Of a stretch of 64,000 bases of DNA, positions 9,410-17,990 are shown one piece after another. Origin of the DNA: an uncultured Candidatus Saccharibacteria bacterium (GTDB lineage Bacteria; Patescibacteriota; Minisyncoccia; Minisyncoccales; MHMH01); assembly GCA_964568775.1 (NCBI GenBank), contig CAZMQW010000002.1, positions 4,354 to 68,353 of the forward strand. Reading direction: 5' to 3'. Both the position numbers and the translations under genes were made by a program. The first letter of the stretch is position 1. Each line of letters opens with the position of its first letter. Under the pieces are notes generated by a model. It saw nothing but the letters and a program-made list of their open reading frames with translations, had not been told where the DNA came from and made no database searches.

Positions 9410-11520
9410 TAAACCTTGGCTGGTATCTTAAATTCTTTCCTGTCTTTAAACTCTTGGCTTTTCCCTTCATTCCATTGCTTTACCGGACGGAGATACCCGA
9501 CAATCCTGGAATAGACTTCGCACGGCTGCTTAATCGTGCATTTCGGACATTCGAAATGTTCGCCGGATAAATAGCCGTGGGAAGGACAAATCGAGAAAGT
9601 GGGAGTTAAGGTAATGTAAGGCAGGTGGAAATTCTCAAAAACTTTCTTCACCAGGTTTTTGACCGACCGAACATCGGAAATCCGTTCACCCAAAAAGAGA
9701 TGTAAGACCGTGCCGCCGGTGTATTTGCACTGGATTTCGTCCTGGAGCTTTAAAGCCTCGAAAACATCATCGGTATAGTTGACCGGCAGCTGGCTGGAAT
9801 TTGTGTAATAGGGCATCTCTTTGGTGCCGGCAGTAATAATATCCGGATATTTTTCCTTGTCTTTTTTGGCCAAGCGGTAAGCGGTCGCTTCGGCCGGCGT
9901 GGCCTCCAGATTGTATAAATTATCAGTTTCTTTCTGATAAGCCATCAACCTATCTCTCATAAATTCCAAAATCTCGGCAGTAAATTTTCTTCCCTGACGC
10001 GAACCGATATCCTGGCCGAGAAAATTCAAAATACATTCATTGACCCCGATCAGGCCGATGGTTGAAAAATGGTTGCCCCAATAACTACCTCTCATCTGAT
10101 TAACAGCGGCCAAATAATATTTGGAATAGGGATAAAGGCCTTTTTTCATAAAATTATCCAAAGCTTTTCTTTTAATTTCCAAGCTTTCTTTAGCCAAATC
10201 CATAAACTTGGTCAGTCTTTCGAAAAACTCCTTCTTGGTTTTGGATAAATAGCCGATTCGGGCCATATTGATGGTGACAACGCCGATACTGCCGGTTAAA
10301 GGATTGGAACCGAATAATCCTCCACCTCTTTTATACAATTCCTTGTTCGACAGACGTAATCTGCAACACATACTTCTTACGTCTTCTGGGTTCATGTCGG
10401 AATGAATGAAATTGGCGAAATAATTCACCCCGTATTTGGCGGTCGCTTCCCACAAAGCGTCCAAATTAGGATCGTCCCAGTCAAAATCCTTGGTAATATT
10501 GACGGTCGGAATAGGAAAGGTGAAAGGTCTGCCCTTGGCGTCTCCTTCTATCAACCCTTCGTAAAAAGCCTTGTTGAGCATATTCATCTCTGCCTGGAAT
10601 TCGCCGTAAGTTTCTTTTTGCGGCTTGCCACCGATTATCACGGCTTGTTTGGCTATGGCCGGCGAGGGTTTTATGTCAATCGTCAGATTGGTAAAAGGAT
10701 TTTGAAAGCCCACTCGGGTCGGAATGGAACAATTAAATAAAAATTCCTGGATAGCCTGTTTGATTTGCTTGTAGCTCAAATTATCATAACGGATGAAGGG
10801 CGCCAATAAAGTATCAAATGATGAAACGGCTTGGGCGCCGGCTGACTCGCCTTGGACCGTATACCAAAAATTGACTAATTGCCCTAAAGCCGACCTCAAA
10901 TGTTTGGCTGGCTTTGATTCCACTTTGCCGGACACCCCGCCGAATCCTTTCAATAATAAATCGTACAAATCCCAGCCGCAGCAGTAAGTAGCCAAAGTAT
11001 CCAGGTTATGAATATGAAAATCGCCTGAATCAACCGCTTCCCTGACCTCCTGTGGATAAACTTTATTCAACCAGTATTTTTTGGTAATGGCCGAAACTCC
11101 GTAATGGTTCAGCCCCTGCAGAGAATAAGCCATGTTGGCGTTTTCGTAAACCTGCCAGTCCAGCTCCTTAATGTATTTGTCAACCATTTCCAAAGATTCA
11201 TCAATCCCGCCGGCCGCTTCCCTGATTTTCCTTCTCTGTTCACGGTAAAGAATGTAAGCTTTGGCCGTTTCAACGAAATTCTCTAAAATTAAAACCTCCT
11301 CCACGATATCTTGGACTTGTTCCACGTGAGGAGTTTCTCCGGTTTTGAATCTCCGGTTTAATAGTTCAACGACTTTGTCGGAAAGTCTGCTTGATTTTTT
11401 GCCGTCACCCTGTTTGGTCGCGGTTAAAGCCTTATAAATGGCTTCGGTAATTTTTTTCTGTTCAAAATCAACTATCTGATCGTCCCTCTTTTTAACTTTA
11501 ATAATTTTATTAGTGACCAT
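9409..11520 (-). CDS. nrdD: Class III ribonucleoside-triphosphate reductase with ATP cone
   Basis: VKKRD ATP cone, MCCRL, YSRIVGYLRP glycyl-radical motif, C-terminal Zn site. Confidence 0.95.
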   Translation of the reverse strand: MVTNKIIKVKKRDDQIVDFEQKKITEAIYKALTATKQGDGKKSSRLSDKVVELLNRRFKTGETPHVEQVQDIVEEVLILENFVETAKAYILYREQRRKIREAAGGIDESLEMVDKYIKELDWQVYENANMAYSLQGLNHYGVSAITKKYWLNKVYPQEVREAVDSGDFHIHNLDTLATYCCGWDLYDLLLKGFGGVSGKVESKPAKHLRSALGQLVNFWYTVQGESAGAQAVSSFDTLLAPFIRYDNLSYKQIKQAIQEFLFNCSIPTRVGFQNPFTNLTIDIKPSPAIAKQAVIIGGKPQKETYGEFQAEMNMLNKAFYEGLIEGDAKGRPFTFPIPTVNITKDFDWDDPNLDALWEATAKYGVNYFANFIHSDMNPEDVRSMCCRLRLSNKELYKRGGGLFGSNPLTGSIGVVTINMARIGYLSKTKKEFFERLTKFMDLAKESLEIKRKALDNFMKKGLYPYSKYYLAAVNQMRGSYWGNHFSTIGLIGVNECILNFLGQDIGSRQGRKFTAEILEFMRDRLMAYQKETDNLYNLEATPAEATAYRLAKKDKEKYPDIITAGTKEMPYYTNSSQLPVNYTDDVFEALKLQDEIQCKYTGGTVLHLFLGERISDVRSVKNLVKKVFENFHLPYITLTPTFSICPSHGYLSGEHFECPKCTIKQPCEVYSRIVGYLRPVKQWNEGKSQEFKDRKEFKIPAKV

Positions 11521-11578
11521 ATTGGTAGTGGCGATAAAAAAATCTCCTTGAGAAAGAGAAAAATTGAAATATTATTAC

Positions 11579-11607
11579 ATTCTAGCGCAATAAAAAACAG
11601 AGGTCAA
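11579..11607 (-). promoter_or_regulatory. sigma70 promoter for nrdD: TTGACC-17 bp-TAGAAT
   Basis: Near-consensus hexamers at 17-bp spacing. Confidence 0.65.
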
Positions 11608-11636
11608 ACCCCTGTCAAGCCCTTAAAAGCCCCGGC

Positions 11637-11645
11637 TTATCCACA
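11637..11645 (+). promoter_or_regulatory. Perfect DnaA box TTATCCACA
   Basis: Exact consensus, about 30 bp upstream of the nrdD -35. Confidence 0.55.
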
Positions 11646-11650
11646 GCCAG

Positions 11651-12589
11651 CTATTTTTTATCAAAGCCGGTAGCAATTACTGTTATTTTCAATTCGTCCC
11701 TGGATAAATTCTTGTCATGGACCGCTCCGAAAATCACTTTGGCCCGGGAATCGGCATTTTGGGTGATAATATTGGCTGCTTCGTTGATCTCGGCCAGGCT
11801 CAAACCGTCTCCACCCGAAACATTAAATAAAATTCCCTTAGCGCCGTTGATGGAAAAATCAAGCAAGGGCGAGCTGATGGCCAAATTGCACGCTGTTTCA
11901 ACTTTTCTCTCGCCTTTAGCTTTGCCCTGGCCGAAAAAGGCCCGGCCCGAATCTTTCATAATGGTTTTGATATCGGCGTAATCAATATTAATCATCCCGG
12001 GAAACAAAATTAAATCAGTAATGCCCTGGACCGCCTGTCTTAAGACTTCGTCGCACGCCCAGAAAGCAGCCAGCAAGGTAGTTTCCTTCCCCCCCTGCAA
12101 AAGCACTTTGTCATTAGGGATAACCAGAAGAGTGTCGACTTTGTTTTTTAAAACTTCCAGCGCCCGCTTAGCCACCTGAGTTCGGTAGCCGCCTTCAAAA
12201 GAAAAAGGCGTGGTCACCACCGCTATCACCAAAGATCCCTGGTTTTTAGCGAGTTCAGCCACAACTGGCGCCCCACCCGAGCCCGTGCCGCCGCCCAAAC
12301 CACAAGTGATAAAAACCATGTCGGCCCCGGCTAAAACTTGGCTGATTTCGGTTTTGTTTTCTTCGGCCGCCCTTCGGCCGATTTCCGGATTCATGCCCGC
12401 TCCCAGCCCCTGGGTTAAACTCTGGCCGATGCGCAGTTTTTGCTGGGCTTTGGTTTTTTGCAAATCCTGGCTGTCGCAATTGATGGCTACTAATTCCACT
12501 CCCTGAATACGGCAGGCAGCCATCCGCGAGATAGCATTGCCGCCGGCGCCGCCGACTCCGACTACTTTTATTTTGGCATTAGGCTTCAT
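11651..12589 (-). CDS. ftsZ: Cell division protein FtsZ (no C-terminal tail)
   Basis: GVGGAGGNA, GGGTGSG tubulin signature, GMINIDYAD T7 loop. Confidence 0.97.
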   Translation of the reverse strand: MKPNAKIKVVGVGGAGGNAISRMAACRIQGVELVAINCDSQDLQKTKAQQKLRIGQSLTQGLGAGMNPEIGRRAAEENKTEISQVLAGADMVFITCGLGGGTGSGGAPVVAELAKNQGSLVIAVVTTPFSFEGGYRTQVAKRALEVLKNKVDTLLVIPNDKVLLQGGKETTLLAAFWACDEVLRQAVQGITDLILFPGMINIDYADIKTIMKDSGRAFFGQGKAKGERKVETACNLAISSPLLDFSINGAKGILFNVSGGDGLSLAEINEAANIITQNADSRAKVIFGAVHDKNLSRDELKITVIATGFDKK

Positions 12590-13806
12590 GGTAAAAATAC
12601 CTTAAACGCTTTTTTCAACTTGGTTGTCACGCCTTTATTAATGGAAGGCAGTTTCCAGTCAGTGGTGTCTGATTCGGCCGCACCGAGCACCAAACCGCAA
12701 ACAGTACTGTAAGAGGGATCTTTTTCCAAGCCTTCCAAATTGTCGGGCAGGCCGATTCTGGCCGGCAGCTTTAATTCTTTTTTGGCCAAATCAACAATCC
12801 TAGGCAGTTTTGCTCCCCCGCCGGTTATAACCACGCCAGCCGGCAAAAGACCTTTAAGGGAAATCTTTTTCAATTCTTTTCCAGCTAAATCAAAAATCTC
12901 AGCCACCCTAGCTTCAATAATTTTGGCCAGCATCTTGTGGGAAAAAGTTAAAAACTCGGCTGTGCCGGCCTCGTGAGGTATTTCAATCTTTTCTTTTTTA
13001 GCTCCTCCCTTGGCCAAACAACTGCCGAATTCTCTTTTTATCTGCTCGGCGATTTCCACTTCGGTTTTCAGGCCGACCGCCAAGTCGTGGGTAATTCGCT
13101 CCGAGCCAATCGGCAAAACAGCGGTATGAACCAAATCTCCTTCTTCATACACCGCCAGATCAGTGGTGCCAGCGCCAATATCCAACAAGCAAACTCCCAA
13201 TTCTTTTTGCTGGGGAGTCAAAACGGCCCGGGCGCTGGCCAAAGGCGAAGGTACAACGTCAGCCACCTGGAAACCAGCGTTCAGGACAGCCGCAGTTAAA
13301 TTTTTGAAATAAGGCGAAAAAGCGCAAAGCGCCAGCACCTCCGCTTCCAATCTAACTCCCTGCATGTCGCAGGGCTCTTTGATCTGTTCGCCGTCAACAA
13401 TGAATTCCCGCGGGAAAACTTCTAAAATTTCTTTATTGGAAGGCAAAGAAAAAGCCTGGGCTGCCTGAATGGCCCGGTTAACGTCTTCTTCTGAAATCTT
13501 CTGGTCGGCCCGGGAAACTATAATAGTGCCTCTTGAAGGAGTGGCAAAAATATGGCTACCGCCGATGTTGACATAAACTTCGTCAACATTTCGGCCAATA
13601 TCTTTTTGCAATTGTTCCAGGATTTGGGCAATGTATTTGGACACTTCATCAACCTTGATGACGATGCCTCGCCTGGTGCCGAAAGCAGACAGTTCGGCAT
13701 AGCCCAAAACTTCCAGATTGTTGGATTCCGGATTTTTGGTCACCGCCAACGCTTTGATCAAAGAAGTGCCAACATCTAAACCGGTTATGATTTTTGTTTT
13801 AGCCAT
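12586..13806 (-). CDS. ftsA: Cell division protein FtsA
   Basis: GLDVGTS, DIGAGTT, ITGGGA; C-terminal amphipathic helix. Confidence 0.95.
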   Translation of the reverse strand: MAKTKIITGLDVGTSLIKALAVTKNPESNNLEVLGYAELSAFGTRRGIVIKVDEVSKYIAQILEQLQKDIGRNVDEVYVNIGGSHIFATPSRGTIIVSRADQKISEEDVNRAIQAAQAFSLPSNKEILEVFPREFIVDGEQIKEPCDMQGVRLEAEVLALCAFSPYFKNLTAAVLNAGFQVADVVPSPLASARAVLTPQQKELGVCLLDIGAGTTDLAVYEEGDLVHTAVLPIGSERITHDLAVGLKTEVEIAEQIKREFGSCLAKGGAKKEKIEIPHEAGTAEFLTFSHKMLAKIIEARVAEIFDLAGKELKKISLKGLLPAGVVITGGGAKLPRIVDLAKKELKLPARIGLPDNLEGLEKDPSYSTVCGLVLGAAESDTTDWKLPSINKGVTTKLKKAFKVFLP

Positions 13807-14173
13807 TGTCGCTTAGGTAATAGTTTTCTTTATTTCCCATGGCTTCGTGGTTGTAGCCTAAAATATGTAAAATGCCGTGGATTAAAACTCGGGCTAATTC
13901 CTTTTTAAACGTTGATTTTAACCTGGCGGTGTTTTTTTTAACCTCTCTCAGACAAATAACCACTTCTCCCGAATTGTCATATTGGAAAGATAAGACATCG
14001 GTCGCTTTATTCTTCTGCCGGTATTTTTTGTTCAATTCTCTGATTCTGGCCGGACCGACTAGAACTACTGAAATTTCCATCTTCCTATTTTCTCCCTCTA
14101 AAACCTTTTCAGCAAGCCCGATTAAAAACTTCTCGTCTGCCTTGTTGGTTGTCAGATTGTTAACCTCAATCAT
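13799..14173 (-). CDS. ybeY: rRNA maturation RNase YbeY
   Basis: LNKKYR..TDVLSF, HGILHILGYNH. Confidence 0.92.
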   Translation of the reverse strand: MIEVNNLTTNKADEKFLIGLAEKVLEGENRKMEISVVLVGPARIRELNKKYRQKNKATDVLSFQYDNSGEVVICLREVKKNTARLKSTFKKELARVLIHGILHILGYNHEAMGNKENYYLSDNG

Positions 14174-14182
14174 TTCTTTTGA

Positions 14183-14689
14183 TTATTTTTGAGGTAGTAA
14201 TAATTCTTTAACAATCTTGGAAACCAAACCGCCGTCAGCTTTGCCTTTTACCTGATCCATCAACTCTGACATGACCTTGCCCATGTCTTTTGGTTCTTTG
14301 GCGCCAACTTTATCAATGGCTTGCTGGGCTAATTTTTTAAGTTCCTCCTCCGGCATCTGCTCGGGCAGATACTGCTGCAGAATTTCTATTTCTTTTTTCT
14401 CTTTCTCGGCCAGTTCTTTCCGATTCCCCTTTTCGTAATCAGCCGCCGCTTCCCTTCTTTTTTTAATTTCAGCGGCAATAACGTTAACCAGTTCCTCTTC
14501 TCCCAATCGGCTTTCTTTAACCAGCTCCTCCTCTTTCAAATCGGGTTTTTCCTGGCTCAGCTTATATCTTTTTTCTTTTTCCTTGTTCAAAACAGCGGCA
14601 TTGAGCATCCGTAAAACGACCGAGGCCAACTCCTCTTTCTGTTTGATGGCTTTATTTAAATCTTGCTGAACCTTTTCTTTTAAAGTCAT
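14183..14689 (-). CDS. yqeY: GatB/YqeY domain protein
   Basis: IKKRRE..Y.KGNR.ELAEKE..EI..L..YLP, KDMGKVM, GKADG. Confidence 0.9.
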   Translation of the reverse strand: MTLKEKVQQDLNKAIKQKEELASVVLRMLNAAVLNKEKEKRYKLSQEKPDLKEEELVKESRLGEEELVNVIAAEIKKRREAAADYEKGNRKELAEKEKKEIEILQQYLPEQMPEEELKKLAQQAIDKVGAKEPKDMGKVMSELMDQVKGKADGGLVSKIVKELLLPQK

Positions 14690-14906
14690 TTTTAAGTTTG
14701 CCCAACTTTTTTAATTTCTTGTATTCTTTCCTCAGCTCTTCCCGGCGCAGAGCAGCTTTTTTCTTGGCCTGGCGGCTCTTGGGCCTGGCATTAAACCTGG
14801 TTTTTCTGGCCCGCAGCAAAATTCCGCTTTGCTGGACTCTTTTGCCAAAGCGTCTAACTAAACTCTGGGCTGTTTCCCTTTCCTGTTTTTTGACTTCTAA
14901 GGCCAT
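14652..14906 (-). CDS. rpsU: Ribosomal protein bS21-like
   Basis: Basic 84 aa with E...SL.RRF.K.VQ.SG pattern; conserved HIT-rpsU-yqeY-ybeY context. Confidence 0.7.
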   Translation of the reverse strand: MALEVKKQERETAQSLVRRFGKRVQQSGILLRARKTRFNARPKSRQAKKKAALRREELRKEYKKLKKLGKLKNDFKRKGSARFK

Positions 14907-15232
14907 GATAATGTTTTACCTCCTAATATGTGTAAATGCAAGTGAAAAATGGTCTGGCCAGCGCCCTGGCCGGTGTTAAAGACCAAACGGTAGCCGCTTT
15001 CCGATATACCCGCCTCCCGGGCAACCTTCTTGGCCGTCAAGATTAAATCACCGATCAAATCTTTATCTGCTTCGGCCAAATCATTGACCGAAGAGATGTG
15101 TCTCTTGGGAATGGCTAAATAATGAATCGGGGCGGCCGGCTGGATGTCTTTAATAACCAAAATCTGCTTATCCTCGTAAATAACTTCAGCCGGTTTTTCC
15201 TTGTTGATTATCTGACAGAATAAACAAGCCAT
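14897..15232 (-). CDS. Histidine triad (HIT) nucleotide-binding protein
   Basis: CLFCQI, HLHLHILGG triad. Confidence 0.93.
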   Translation of the reverse strand: MACLFCQIINKEKPAEVIYEDKQILVIKDIQPAAPIHYLAIPKRHISSVNDLAEADKDLIGDLILTAKKVAREAGISESGYRLVFNTGQGAGQTIFHLHLHILGGKTLSWP

Positions 15233-15233
15233 C

Positions 15234-16520
15234 TTACTTTTTCAACTTTTTTTCTATTTCTCTAACCACTTTGTCCAATTTCACTGTTTCCTGTTTGCCT
15301 GTTTTCATGTTCCTAATGATGATCGTGCCATCCAAAGCTTCTTTCTGGCCCAATATCAAAGCAAAACTGGCTCCCAGTTTGTCGGCGGTTCTCAGTTGGG
15401 TCTTCAGCGAATCCTTGCCGAAAGATTCGGCCACCGGTATCCTGGCTTTCCGGAATTCTTCAAAAAGTTTCAGGCTACGCCTTTTGGCCAGTTCTCCCAA
15501 TTGGCTTAAAAAAATCTTAACTGGCGGGGGCGATGCTGTCTCTTTTTTAGCTTTCTCTTTCAGGATCTTCACTATTCTTTCAACTCCAGCTGCTCCACCG
15601 CAGGCTGGCGTATCCTTGCCCCCCAGCAATCTAACCAGAGCATCGTAACGGCCGCCGCCGCACAAGGCAGTGCCTTTTTGGCCTTCTTCCGGTTCGTCAA
15701 AAATCTCAAAAACTGTTTTAGTGTAGTAATCCAGACCCCGGACCAAATAAGGATTCAAGCGGTAGGGTATTTCAACTTCATCCAAAAATTCTAAAACCTC
15801 TTTAAAGTGCGATTTGCACTCGTCGCACAAATGGTCAATTATCTGGGGGGCTTGAGCTTTGATCGGCTGGCACTTTTCTTCCTCGCAGTCCAAAATTCTC
15901 AAAGGATTATACCTTAATCGGCGCCGGCAGTCAGCGCACAACGAACTTTCCCGGGAACGGAAATAGCTGACCAAAAGCTTCTTGTAATAAGGCCTGCACT
16001 GGCTGTCGCCGATGCTGTTTATTTCAACGATGGGATTCTTGATTTTCAGCTCCCGTAGCATATTGTAGAAAATCTGGATGATTTGCGCATCAACCACTGG
16101 GCTCTGCTCGCCGAAAACCTCAAAGTTAACCTGGTGGAACTGACGGAAACGGTCGGACTGCGGCCTCTCCAAACGGAACAGAGGACCGGCCGAATAGAGT
16201 TTCACCGGTTGGGACAGATTAAACATGCCGTGTTCAATGTAAGATCGGACAATAGCGGCGGTGAATTCGGGCCGCAAAGCCAGATAATCTCCGCCTTTGC
16301 TTCGGAAAATATACATCTGCTTTTCAACAATGTCAGTGCCCAGACCGATGCCTTTGGAAAAAAGCTCGGCCTCCTCAACAACCGGCGTGTCAATTCTTTT
16401 GTAGCCGTAAAAATTAGCTATATTACCAGCTGTATTATAGATTTTCTGGAAAAATGATTGATCGGCCGGCAAAATATCGTGCATACCGGTCGGAGTTTGG
16501 AATTTTGGTTTTTTGGCCAT
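15234..16520 (-). CDS. hisS: Histidine-tRNA ligase
   Basis: LRPEFT, RFRQFHQ, LVRGLDYY, GGGRYD. Confidence 0.97.
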   Translation of the reverse strand: MAKKPKFQTPTGMHDILPADQSFFQKIYNTAGNIANFYGYKRIDTPVVEEAELFSKGIGLGTDIVEKQMYIFRSKGGDYLALRPEFTAAIVRSYIEHGMFNLSQPVKLYSAGPLFRLERPQSDRFRQFHQVNFEVFGEQSPVVDAQIIQIFYNMLRELKIKNPIVEINSIGDSQCRPYYKKLLVSYFRSRESSLCADCRRRLRYNPLRILDCEEEKCQPIKAQAPQIIDHLCDECKSHFKEVLEFLDEVEIPYRLNPYLVRGLDYYTKTVFEIFDEPEEGQKGTALCGGGRYDALVRLLGGKDTPACGGAAGVERIVKILKEKAKKETASPPPVKIFLSQLGELAKRRSLKLFEEFRKARIPVAESFGKDSLKTQLRTADKLGASFALILGQKEALDGTIIIRNMKTGKQETVKLDKVVREIEKKLKK

Positions 16521-16523
16521 AAG

Positions 16524-17069
16524 TTAATACGCCGGTACTTCTATTTTAGCTAAAGCGACAAAAGGCCAAGCCCTAAAAAAGACCCGGCCGATAATATTCT
16601 CTTCCGGCAAATTTCCCCAGCGCCTTGAATCGGCGGAAAGGGGACGGTTGTCTCCCAAAACAAAATATTCGTCTTCGTCCAGCTTTACCTCCATATCGCC
16701 CAACGTCTGGAGGGACGAAGACAGATATTCTGTTTCGTCCAAAACCTGGGGAATCCCGTCCTCAAAAATTAAAACCTGGCCGTCTTTAATGGTAATTGTC
16801 TCCTCGGGCAGCCCGATAATTCTTTTGATGTAGCGTTGGGAAGGATCGTGGGGATATCTAAAAACTATCACCTCGCCCCTCTGCGGCTCCCGAAACTGAT
16901 AGCTGAGCTCGTCAATAATCAGATAATCGCCGTGATAAAAATTAGGTTCCATGCTCTGCCCTCTGACAAAAAAGGGCTGGAAAACAAAATAACGGATAGG
17001 CACCACTATCAGCAAAGCGATAATAACTATTTTCGCTATTTCCCAAATAAAAAAGAGAAAACTCCGCAT
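16524..17069 (-). CDS. lepB: Signal peptidase I
   Basis: GQSMEP (Ser), YIKRIIG (Lys), GDNR; start placed at MRSFLFF because the longer ORF overlaps pth. Confidence 0.92.
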   Translation of the reverse strand: MRSFLFFIWEIAKIVIIALLIVVPIRYFVFQPFFVRGQSMEPNFYHGDYLIIDELSYQFREPQRGEVIVFRYPHDPSQRYIKRIIGLPEETITIKDGQVLIFEDGIPQVLDETEYLSSSLQTLGDMEVKLDEDEYFVLGDNRPLSADSRRWGNLPEENIIGRVFFRAWPFVALAKIEVPAY

Positions 17070-17132
17070 ACTTTCATTATTATAACCGGATTCATCCCTT
17101 AATGCAAGCAAATGTGATAGAATATAATTACC

Positions 17133-17603
17133 ATGATTGTGATTGTCGGCCTGGGGAACCCGGGCAAAAAATACGAAAAAACCCGGCACAATGTCGGCTT
17201 CCGGGTTATTGACGAATTGGCCAGAATAAAAGAAAGAGGTTTTATCATCGCCAAACCGCAGACTTTTATGAATAATTCGGGGAAGGCGGTGAAGGCTTTG
17301 GTCAATTTTTATAAAATCAAACCAGACAACCTTTGGGTAGTTCATGATGACATTGATTTACCAATCGGCGAATTAAAAATCGCCAAGGGTAGGGGCTCGG
17401 CCGGCCATAAAGGCGTCCAGTCAATAATAAACGAACTGAAAACAAAAGATTTCAACCGAATCAGGGTCGGCATTTGCCCTAAAACCGACAAGCCAAAAAC
17501 TATTGATAAGTTTGTACTCCAAAACTTTACAAAGGAAGAAGAGAAAATCTTAAAAGAAACTATCAAACAAATAATTATAGAAATAAATAAGTTTATAAAA
17601 TAA
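17133..17603 (+). CDS. pth: Peptidyl-tRNA hydrolase (compact)
   Basis: GLGNPG..Y..TRHNVG, KPQTFMN, HDDID, GHKG. Confidence 0.96.
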   Translation: MIVIVGLGNPGKKYEKTRHNVGFRVIDELARIKERGFIIAKPQTFMNNSGKAVKALVNFYKIKPDNLWVVHDDIDLPIGELKIAKGRGSAGHKGVQSIINELKTKDFNRIRVGICPKTDKPKTIDKFVLQNFTKEEEKILKETIKQIIIEINKFIK

Positions 17604-17644
17604 AAAGCCGGGGCAAGAATATAAGAACTTTTCATGCCTCGGCT
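17602..17644. terminator. Putative terminator hairpin between convergent genes
   Basis: AGCCGGGGCA...TGCCTCGGCT stem with an A-tract on the left (U-tract on minus). Confidence 0.4.
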
Positions 17645-17931
17645 CCGCTTAGTATCACTTCTTCTTCAAGTTTTACCTTGGGACCAATTATAAATTCAAT
17701 TTCAGGCTCCGGCGCTTTTTTAGCACAATCTGCACAAGATAGTACCTCTTTAACAATTTCTTCCCTGATTTCAGAACGGGTATTAAAAAGTGGCTTCTTT
17801 ATGGGCCAATCTTCTTCTCCGATAACCTCTTCAACAATATCTGTAAAAATGTGTTTAATTTTTATAGGTACCTTTTCGGGCTTTGTTCCTCTCGGCTGAG
17901 GTTGATTACAAAAATAACAAGTAAAACTCAT
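17632..17931 (-). CDS. Small hypothetical protein with two CxxC motifs
   Basis: CYFC and CADC; purine-rich SD-like sequence upstream. Confidence 0.6.
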   Translation of the reverse strand: MSFTCYFCNQPQPRGTKPEKVPIKIKHIFTDIVEEVIGEEDWPIKKPLFNTRSEIREEIVKEVLSCADCAKKAPEPEIEFIIGPKVKLEEEVILSGAEA

Positions 17932-17953
17932 ATCCCACCCCCTTTACTGTAAT

Positions 17954-17983
17954 TTGACTCAAAATAACTAATCATACTATACT
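17954..17983 (+). promoter_or_regulatory. Promoter TTGACT-18 bp-TATACT, 7 nt before the mfd ATG
   Basis: Near-consensus hexamers. Confidence 0.55.
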
Positions 17984-17990
17984 ATTTTAG

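Noticed and set aside
11521-11600. NrdR boxes upstream of nrdD
   Set aside because: Only weak, gapped matches to the consensus
11600-11650. Replication origin
   Set aside because: A single DnaA box, no cluster and no dnaA/dnaN nearby
17070-17345. N-terminal extension of the 273-aa lepB ORF
   Set aside because: It is antisense to pth; a -10 box and ATG at 17069 give a normal signal peptidase
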